A stretch of 64,000 nt of DNA from an uncultured delta proteobacterium (lineage in GTDB: Bacteria > Desulfobacterota > Desulfuromonadia > Geobacterales > Pseudopelobacteraceae): NCBI GenBank assembly GCA_963772835.1, contig CAVYYZ010000015.1, forward strand, positions 1 to 64,000. The letters are read 5' to 3'. Position 1 is the stretch's first letter. The number at the start of each line of letters is the position of its first letter. Shown one piece after another: positions 56,560 to 64,000 of this stretch. Below the pieces are notes generated by a model. It did no database searches. It worked only from the letters and a program-made list of their open reading frames with translations, and was not told the DNA's origin. The translations under genes and the position numbers were made by a program.

Positions 56560-57971
56560 TAACCCTTGCCACCCTCCAACAATGGCTGGCTGCACCAGCC
56601 GAAACCGAACATCTGGAATTCAAAGAGGCCAAGCAGCAATTCGACACTACCAAGCTGATGCGCTACTGTGTGGCTTTGGCTAATGAACGGGGCGGGCATC
56701 TTGTGCTTGGCGTTTCGGACAAGCTGCCTCGACAGGTTGTCGGCTCTCAGGCATTCTCCGCAACCACCGAGCTTAACGATATCAAGGCCCGTATTGTCGA
56801 AAAACTGCATATCCGAGTTGATGCGGTAGAACTCATGCACCCCTTGGGGCGGGTGCTTGTGTTCGATATTCCTTCCCGTCCGGTAGGGCATCCGATGGAT
56901 TTCGACGGTGCATACCTGATGCGGGCTGGTGAAGACCTTGTTGCCATGACTCCTGACCAGTTGCGCCGTATATTTGCCGAAGGTGAGCAGGACTGGTGTC
57001 TTAAGCCAGCCATGACCGGTTGTGATGGCGACAAGGTAGTGCAACTTCTTGACACCCAGAGTTATTTTGATCTCTTGAATCTACCGTATCCAGCAACCCG
57101 TGAAGCGGTGCTTGAGCGTTTTTCAGGTGAACGCCTCATCGAACGGACAGGTGAAAGCTGGAACATTACCAATCTTGGTGCGCTACTGTTTGCCAAAAAG
57201 CTGGATCAGTTTGACAAACTGACCCGCAAGGCTCCTCGTGTTATCGTTTATGAAGGCACCAATAAGCTGAAGACAAAGACGGATAAGCCAGGTAACAAGG
57301 GATACGCCGTAGGGTTTCAGGGACTGGTGGAGTACATCAACGGACTGGTCCCGTCAAATGAGATAATAGAGCAGGCGTTGCGGCGTGAAGTGAAGATGTT
57401 TCCAGAAATTGCTGTTCGTGAACTGGTCGCTAATGCCCTTATTCATCAGGATTTATCGGAATCTGGCGCATCTGTGATGGTCGAACTTTACGATGATCGA
57501 ATGGAGATTTCCAATCCTGGTAAACCCTTCATCCCGCCTGATCGCTTCATTGACGAATATCGTTCACGCAACGAGCGGTTGGCTGATCTTATGCGACGAC
57601 TTGGCGTTTGCGAAGAAAAGGGGAGTGGCGTTGACAAGGTAATTCAGGCAGCAGAAGTTTATCAACTACCTGCCCCTGATTTCCGTGTGGGAGAGGTACG
57701 TACATCAGCCGTGCTGTTTGCCCATAAGGATTTTGAGTTGATGGACAAAGCGGATCGTACCAGAGCATCCTATCAGCATTGCTGCTTGCGCTATGTGATG
57801 AACGAAAAAATGACGAACCAGAGTCTGCGGGAGCGATTCAAATTGTCTGAGAAAAAATCAGAGTCGGTATCACGGGCTATTCGTGATTCCATTGAGGCAG
57901 GCAAGATCAAAGTATCCGACCCTGATGCTACTTCATTACGATACCGGAGTTATATTCCTTTTTGGGCTTGA
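56556..57971 (+). CDS. AlbA_2 (Schlafen-like) plus HATPase_c_4/RecG-C and wHTH protein
   Basis: ETEHLEFKE (ExxxxExK), ALANERGGHLVLGV, RELVANALIHQD, EISNPG, RNERLA, EEKGSG. Confidence 0.85.
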   Translation: MITLATLQQWLAAPAETEHLEFKEAKQQFDTTKLMRYCVALANERGGHLVLGVSDKLPRQVVGSQAFSATTELNDIKARIVEKLHIRVDAVELMHPLGRVLVFDIPSRPVGHPMDFDGAYLMRAGEDLVAMTPDQLRRIFAEGEQDWCLKPAMTGCDGDKVVQLLDTQSYFDLLNLPYPATREAVLERFSGERLIERTGESWNITNLGALLFAKKLDQFDKLTRKAPRVIVYEGTNKLKTKTDKPGNKGYAVGFQGLVEYINGLVPSNEIIEQALRREVKMFPEIAVRELVANALIHQDLSESGASVMVELYDDRMEISNPGKPFIPPDRFIDEYRSRNERLADLMRRLGVCEEKGSGVDKVIQAAEVYQLPAPDFRVGEVRTSAVLFAHKDFELMDKADRTRASYQHCCLRYVMNEKMTNQSLRERFKLSEKKSESVSRAIRDSIEAGKIKVSDPDATSLRYRSYIPFWA

Positions 57972-57977
57972 CTCCTG

Positions 57978-58178
57978 TTTTGACGCAAACCATAGGAACA
58001 AGAATGTAAAAACATAACTATTTGTATTGGTTATTTATTCTTATTTAGACGCAAATCGCCAGATTCTTATCCGCAAATGCCAAATATATCAAAAGTGCTT
58101 TAACGCAAAACTGTTGTAATTGATTTATGAATTAAGAAACTAAGTAAAATCATGCTGATAAGTGTTTTAACGCAAATC
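57978..58178. repeat. Five copies of a (TTT)RACGCAAA-like motif between the AlbA gene and hsdR
   Basis: CGCAAA cores at 57984, 58050, 58072, 58104 and 58171; AAGTGCTTTAACGCAAA vs AAGTGTTTTAACGCAAA. Confidence 0.7.
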
Positions 58179-58189
58179 GTGGGGCACCC

Positions 58190-60593
58190 ATGAACGAAGC
58201 CGAAACCAGAGCCGAACATATTGACCCCGCCCTGAAAGCCGCTGGCTGGGGTGTGGTTGAAGGTAGCCGCATACGGCGGGAGTATCCCATTACTCTTGGT
58301 CGTATTGAAGGTCACGGCAAGCGTGGTAAGGCTCTGACGGCTGACTATGTATTGGAATATCGCAACACCAAGCTGGCGGTAGTGGAAGCGAAGGCATGGG
58401 ACAAACCGCTGACGGAGGGTGTCGGGCAGGCCAAGGACTATGCCGGTAAGCTGGAAATCCGTTTCACCTACTCCACCAACGGGCAGGGTATCTATGGCAT
58501 TGACATGGAAACCGGCGCAGAGTGTGAGCAGCCGCAGTACCCGACACCGGTTGAACTCTGGAACCTCACCTTTGCCACCCAGAACGCATGGCGTGACCGC
58601 TTCGCCGCTGTACCGTTTGAAGATCGGGGCGGTTACTTCCAAGGCCGCTACTATCAGGACATTGCTATTGAACGTGTGTTGGAGGCTATTACCGACCATC
58701 AGCAGCGTATCCTTCTGACACTGGCAACCGGAACCGGCAAGACCTTCATCGCCTTCCAGATTGCATGGAAACTGTTTCATAGCCGCTGGAACCTGACCGA
58801 CTGGAAGAAGGAGAGCGAACCGACCCGCCGCCCACGCATCCTGTTTCTGGCTGACCGTAACATTCTGGCAGATCAGGCGTACAATGCTTTCTCCGCCTTC
58901 CCCGAAGATGCACTGGTACGCATTGCACCGGATGAGATCAAGAAGAAGGGCAAGGTACCGAAGAACGGTAGCCTATTCTTCACCATCTTCCAGACCTTCA
59001 TGAGCGGAGCCGGTGACACTCCCTATTTCGGCGAGTACCCCCCTGACTTCTTCGACTGCATCATTATTGATGAGTGTCACCGTGGCGGTGCTAACGATGA
59101 AAGTAACTGGCGCAGTATCATGGATTACTTCGCCCCCGCCGTTCAACTCGGCCTGACTGCCACCCCCAAACGCAAAGACAACGTGGACACCTACGCATAT
59201 TTCGGGGAGCCGGTCTATATCTACTCCCTGAAGGATGGTATCAATGACGGCTATCTCACGCCGTTCCGAGTGAAGCAGATTTCCACCACACTGGATGATT
59301 ATGTCTACACCTCAGATGATCGGGTCATGGAGGGTGAAGTAGAATTCGGCAAGCGGTACGAGGAACCGGACTTCAACAAGATCATTGAGATCAAGGAGCG
59401 TGAGAAGAAGCGGGTTGAACTCTTCATGTCCATGATCTACCAGCGGGAAAAGACCTTGGTGTTCTGTGCCACACAGGATCATGCACTTGCTGTACGTGAC
59501 CTTATCAACCAGATCAAGACCAGCACCGAGCCAAACTACTGCCAGCGGGTCACAGCCAACGACGGCGCATTAGGTGAACAGCACCTACGGGACTTTCAGG
59601 ATAATGAGAAGAGTATCCCCACCATCCTGACAACCTCGCAGAAACTATCCACCGGTGTTGATGCCCGTAATATCCGTAACATCGTACTGATGCGTCCGGT
59701 CAACTCCATGATCGAGTTCAAACAGATCATCGGGCGTGGTACTCGCCTCTATGACGGCAAGGACTACTTCACCATTTACGACTTTGTGAAGGCACACCAC
59801 CATTTCAGTGATCCTGAGTGGGACGGTGAACCGATAGAACCGGAAGCCTGCACCAAGTGCGGCTGCTATCCGTGCGAGTGCGTGAAGCCTGAACCACAGC
59901 CATGTAAGGTATGTGATGAACTGCCGTGCGTCTGCGACAAGACCCCACCGGAACCGTGCTGAAAAATGCGGTCAGCGTCCCTGCATCTGCAAGAAGAAGG
60001 CGAAGGTCAAGCTGGCTGATGGCAAAGAGCGGAACATCCAGCACATGACCGTAACAAGTTTCTGGCACCCTGACGGTACGCCGATGTCGGCGCAGCAGTT
60101 CATGGAGATGCTGTTCGGCAAACTGCCTGAATTTTTCAAGAATGAGGAAGAACTACGTGCGCTATGGAGCCGACCTGATACCCGCAAGAAACTGCTGGAA
60201 GGGCTTTCTGAAAAAGGATTCGGCCATGACCAACTGGCAGAGATGCAGAAGATCATAGACGCAGAGCGAAGTGATCTGTTCGATGTACTGGCGCATGTTG
60301 CCTATGCCATGCCACCGCTTACCAGTGAAGAACGGGCGGGGAAAGCACGGACGCTTATCACTCAGCACTTCAATAACAAACTACAGCTCTTTCTGGACTT
60401 CGTGCTTGCTCATTATGTGACTATCGGCGTGGAGGAACTGGATCAGGCAAAGCTGACACCACTCTTGAAACTGAAGTATCACAACTCCATCGCCGACGCT
60501 GTAGCTGATCTGGGTAGACCGGAAGAGATCGGGCAGGTGTTCGCAGGATTTCAGCAGTATTTGTACCCGCCGCAGAGTTTGGGTAATAGGTGA
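58190..60593 (+). CDS. hsdR: Type I RM restriction subunit (EcoAI/EcoEI-like); +1 indel near 59960
   Basis: ADYVL...VVEAK nuclease, LATGTGKT, DECH, LTATP, QIIGRGTR. The EcoEI-like C-terminus lies in ORF 59913..60593; removing the T in TGC-T-GAA joins the frames. Confidence 0.92.
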
Positions 60594-60684
60594 ATAAACG
60601 ACCGGCTTTTAGTGGGGATGCTTTTATTCTAATGCCGAAGGGAAAAGTCCTGGGGGCGATAGCAGGGAAAATAAAATCCTTGTG

Positions 60685-62241
60685 CTAAGTACAATCTCTG
60701 AACCATTGAAAAATCCACTTGGCAGGCGATTTGTCTGTGGCGGCTTGAATAGTGGGGGCTAAACTCAATGACTTCAATATTGCGAAAAATTCAGATCGGT
60801 ATGTAATCGGTCGAATGAAAAAATTACCTTGTTCAATGTCAGTTGCATCAAAAATAAGCTCTAATACAGGCTTGTCTTGATGCAATCCGACAGCTCTCCA
60901 CAAAAATCTTGGTAGCTTAGTAGTCAATACTTCTTCCCTAAATCCGTCTCTAATCTCTGTTGAGGATAGAATCTCCTGCTTTAATTGATTTACATTTGAC
61001 AGGTAGATGTCCCATTCAATTCGGTCTGTTATAGGTAAGTACCCTTGCTGGCGAAATGTCTCGAAAAACAGATCAAATGCGATCACAATTTTTTCTATAA
61101 TTTCAAAGGGGATGCGGATTTTATGGTACAACGGCACCAGCACAGCCTTTGGTACAGCCCTAACAGAGCCAATTATCCCATCTTGCCCTTTCCATGATGA
61201 TGAAATTGAAAAAATGTTTGTTGCATTTGCGACCACTGGAATACCATCAATTGCCATCCGTGCAAAAGGACCAACCTGATCATCATGTACATATAACTTC
61301 TCAATTCTTGATGACCTTGAGAGGAAACCGGTCCCGTGCAATGGTGGCGGGATAGTGCCCTTCATGCAATATCCTGTAACTGCAACTGCATGCCCACCTT
61401 CGCCTACTGTCGTATGCGGAGTGGTTGAAGTATCAACCAGAAGAATTGCCATGGCGACAGGTACACCGGCTCTCAGATATGCATAAATGGTACTGTTTAG
61501 TATGTACTCATTGGGGGTCTTAACCGGAAAGGGCTCTAAGCCGACATTTCGTATGGCGTGTGCCATTTGCTCCAGGGTAAGGCCGTTATTGGGAAGATTT
61601 CTTCTTTCGGCGGGGAGGTTGTAAGTTGCTGACTTAGTGATTTCAATGGGTGTTGGAAAGGAATGATGAAACATCAATCCTGTCCTATGGAATATAGACC
61701 ATAGGGCACTTGTTGCGCAAGCTGCGGCAACTTGGTCTTGTTCTTGATATGCAAGCGAATCTACGGAAAGATCAAATCCGAACAAATTAACATCGTATTT
61801 CCGTGTCGTAGGAAAACTCCTACCCGTCCCATCAGGATAGGTTTTTAGGCACGTTCTTCCGATGATTGTTTTGGGTAAGGGCTTAACAACGATGAAGCCC
61901 AGATAGCTTTGTTTGAAGTCATCAACCACAAATCGAGGGGTGCCAGCTAACCCCGATTTAAACTCCTCTTGAGTGAAGGAAAGGCTGAAAAAATGAATGC
62001 GTGTACATTTTCTCTGGTAGTCGTTAAAACATTTGACATAGTAATTTGAAAAATCTTCCAAATAATCACGGTCAACGTAGTCAACTTCCACCACAATAGT
62101 TGCTGCGCCTATTTCTGAGAAGTAGTCCCTGAAATAGACGCTATGCAATTTATTTGAAATGTCATCATGTGTTGCAAGTGAGAATTCTGAAAGCAGATCA
62201 AGGAGAGAAGCAATGCTATAAGGAATTACCCTGTATGACAT
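60685..62241 (-). CDS. Uncharacterised 518-aa protein with a papain/C39-like Cys-His-Asp peptidase motif set
   Basis: QEQDQVAAACATSALW, GHAVAVTGY, LYVHDDQVGP; no signal peptide. Confidence 0.7.
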   Translation of the reverse strand: MSYRVIPYSIASLLDLLSEFSLATHDDISNKLHSVYFRDYFSEIGAATIVVEVDYVDRDYLEDFSNYYVKCFNDYQRKCTRIHFFSLSFTQEEFKSGLAGTPRFVVDDFKQSYLGFIVVKPLPKTIIGRTCLKTYPDGTGRSFPTTRKYDVNLFGFDLSVDSLAYQEQDQVAAACATSALWSIFHRTGLMFHHSFPTPIEITKSATYNLPAERRNLPNNGLTLEQMAHAIRNVGLEPFPVKTPNEYILNSTIYAYLRAGVPVAMAILLVDTSTTPHTTVGEGGHAVAVTGYCMKGTIPPPLHGTGFLSRSSRIEKLYVHDDQVGPFARMAIDGIPVVANATNIFSISSSWKGQDGIIGSVRAVPKAVLVPLYHKIRIPFEIIEKIVIAFDLFFETFRQQGYLPITDRIEWDIYLSNVNQLKQEILSSTEIRDGFREEVLTTKLPRFLWRAVGLHQDKPVLELIFDATDIEQGNFFIRPITYRSEFFAILKSLSLAPTIQAATDKSPAKWIFQWFRDCT

Positions 62242-62248
62242 GAGGGCT

Positions 62249-62446
62249 CTATATGCTTAAAGGCATACGAAGCGTTTGAGAATCCACGAATCTTTCATTC
62301 GATAATTGTGTTACGGTTTCGTTTATCTTCTTTAGAGTTTCTTCAAGAATCCGCTGACCTGCAGTTGAAGAAACCCATTTTTCAGCGTCTTGTGCAATTT
62401 GTTCAGGACTCATCTTTTCCTCGTACAGAGCTTTTTTGTTTCCCAT
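62249..62446 (-). CDS. Small helical hypothetical protein (65 aa) upstream of the putative peptidase
   Basis: AAGGAG RBS; stop 7 bp before the peptidase ATG. Confidence 0.65.
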   Translation of the reverse strand: MGNKKALYEEKMSPEQIAQDAEKWVSSTAGQRILEETLKKINETVTQLSNERFVDSQTLRMPLSI

Positions 62447-62476
62447 GTTTTGTCTCCTTTGTTATAAAAAAGGATG

Positions 62477-62580
62477 TGTCAGGGCTGACAAATCTACTGT
62501 TTTGGAATGGAGCGAATTGTATACAGTATGCGAAAATTAAAATAAACGGGATTCTAGCTTAACTTTTGCATTGCTGTCAA
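62477..62580 (-). promoter_or_regulatory. Promoter and palindromic site for the two-gene module
   Basis: Minus strand TTGACA-N18-TAGAAT (62551-62580); palindrome TGTCAG-GG-CTGACA (62477-62490). Confidence 0.5.
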
Positions 62581-62738
62581 TAGGATAGTTCACTTGCCGA
62601 TCTTCTTCCCAAGTCAATACCATCGGATTCAAGGATGGAAAAAATGGTTATCGGATCACTCTTTCAGTATAATCTTGCAATCAGTTGAATTCAATACCTC
62701 AAATAGACAGCTATTTGCTGCCTGTTTCAGACTGTTCG

Positions 62739-63257
62739 CTAGAGCAACCCACGTTCGACAAAACTGAGATATTCACCCTCGCCGACGATTACATGATCCA
62801 GTACCTTGATACCCATAATCTCTCCAGCCTCTTTCAGCCGTCTGGTGATTGAAATATCTTCTGCTGATGGCGATGGGTCTCCAGTAGGATGTTGATGAAT
62901 TAGCAGAATTGCGGCTGCATTCGACAATCAAGCTGTCTGAAATACGGAACGTGGGTGAACAATACTTTGATTCAGAGAACCGACGCTTACCACGTCCATG
63001 CAAATAACCTTGTTTTTGCCGTCAAGGTGCAATGTCAGGAACATCTCCTTCGTTTCGTGCATCAGAAAACGGAATGTTTCATACACCTCCCGTGGTGACG
63101 TGTATCTGGTTCCAGTTTTGAGATAGCTGGTTATCTCTTCTCTGACGGTAAGAGTTTCATAAACAGCCTTGATCTGCCTGAACCTTATTGTTCTGGGCTT
63201 GTCATTGATTTTTTCAACGCCAAATAATGTTTCAACGGTTAACTGCTTGGTATCCAT
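62739..63257 (-). pseudogene. radC: RadC/JAB domain protein with an in-frame TGA at 62928-62930
   Basis: VSVGSLNQSIVHPRSVFQTA*LSNAAAILLIHQHPTGDPSPSAED...VLDHVIV. Confidence 0.88.
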
Positions 63258-63370
63258 CTATATTCCCCTGTAATCGGTATTGGCATGGCCTTGCCCTCTG
63301 CAATGGCTCTCATATTTCTCTTTAAAGCGTTTAATATATTGGGATGAAGGGGTAAGTATGGGTCAATTCT

Positions 63371-64000
63371 TTAGCCAGCTACCACCTTTTGCCGTGATTG
63401 GCGCAGAACCTCATGATTCTCCAGATTCAGTTGCGCCAGTTCTCTTCCATCAGTCAGCGATAGCCCAACATTCTGGTAATCAATCTGCTCAACCGCTTCG
63501 GTGATGTTGTCAACCCCTTCAAACAAAAGCCGCTGATTGAGCTTTGCACTTTCAGCAATAAAAATGGCGGCCCCCAAAGCCGCCACTCTTGCATCTCTGC
63601 TTATGATCCCCTTTCGGGTCAGCCAGTCATCCACCGGCTTAGCTTTGCTGAAATAGGCGAAAGCAGCTTTGCCAATGCGAGTATATTGGCAATACGCCTC
63701 TTCCGGTACGTCACCGATATAGAATCTTTCAGCGGGAAAGCTGGTTTTTTCAATGGAGTAGTACAATGATTTCTGCATCCGTTGCCACATGAACGGGAAA
63801 ACAATCTGCTTCGGAAACCGGCAACCGATCATTCCCCGCAAACAGATGTATTTTATCAATGGTGGAATGTTCAGACGTTCAACCATAGAGCAGAACATTT
63901 CTTTCGATCCAGCTCTTAATGGTAGGTTTTTATTCTCGTGGCGGCTTGTTCCCCACAACGTCCAAGCAGCAGAGGTGCGAAAGAATGACGGCAGGTTTTC
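63371..64000 (-). CDS. Hypothetical protein, N-terminus outside the window
   Basis: The frame of ORF 63371..63958 is open to the window edge; co-oriented upstream of radC. Confidence 0.6.
   Translation of the reverse strand, partial: ENLPSFFRTSAAWTLWGTSRHENKNLPLRAGSKEMFCSMVERLNIPPLIKYICLRGMIGCRFPKQIVFPFMWQRMQKSLYYSIEKTSFPAERFYIGDVPEEAYCQYTRIGKAAFAYFSKAKPVDDWLTRKGIISRDARVAALGAAIFIAESAKLNQRLLFEGVDNITEAVEQIDYQNVGLSLTDGRELAQLNLENHEVLRQSRQKVVAG

Larger units (their letters stand above)
52131..64000. mobile_element. tRNA-Ala-anchored genomic (defence) island extending beyond the window
   Basis: Abrupt AT enrichment after the tRNA; RM, AlbA, DUF4145-like and radC cargo; gene remnants; tandem ATGCGGCA repeats (52189, 52200) resembling integrase arm sites. 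No integrase in the window. Confidence 0.8.

Noticed and set aside
57978..58178. CRISPR-like array
   Set aside because: Repeats are short and degenerate with irregular spacing, and there are no cas genes; kept as putative binding sites.
62890..62930. Selenocysteine readthrough of the in-frame TGA in radC
   Set aside because: The position is not a JAB catalytic residue and only a weak 4-bp stem follows, not a convincing SECIS; a nonsense mutation is simpler.

Overview
Bacterial chromosomal window, most consistent with a Geobacteraceae/Desulfuromonadia genome (inferred from gene content: ANTAR regulator behind a sigma54 promoter, A2-type caa3 oxidase, MshEN-REC protein, many GGDEF proteins and hybrid kinases). 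1-52 kb is mostly core and signalling content: a sigma54/ANTAR-led operon (circularly permuted ATP-grasp, alpha-E, transglutaminase), rhomboid, SNF2 helicase, rlpA, two hybrid kinases sharing a near-identical 1.1 kb 3' half, a cytochrome c oxidase operon, recD, three GGDEF genes, a WYL regulator, rluD, degP, elbB, leuB, asd, rplU-rpmA and dksA. tRNA-Ala(CGC) at 52055-52130 marks the start of an AT-richer defence island that runs off the window: DUF4145-like gene, RAMA-like gene, type I RM with an inserted AlbA/Schlafen gene, an uncharacterised small protein plus papain-fold protease pair, and a radC pseudogene. Most notable: (i) a hybrid kinase with all seven canonical ETR1 ethylene-binding residues at ungapped spacing; (ii) a membrane GGDEF with the Hypr (3',3'-cGAMP synthase) Asp-to-Thr signature upstream of recD and the oxidase operon; (iii) a hipBA-type cassette inside the cox operon flanked by a ~100 bp duplication of the coxC 3' end; (iv) a candidate novel two-gene protease defence module; (v) an 8-Cys mini-lipoprotein paired with a DsbA-like protein. 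About nine scattered single-base indels break otherwise intact genes and are probably assembly errors. All family calls come from motif recognition by eye; no searches were run.
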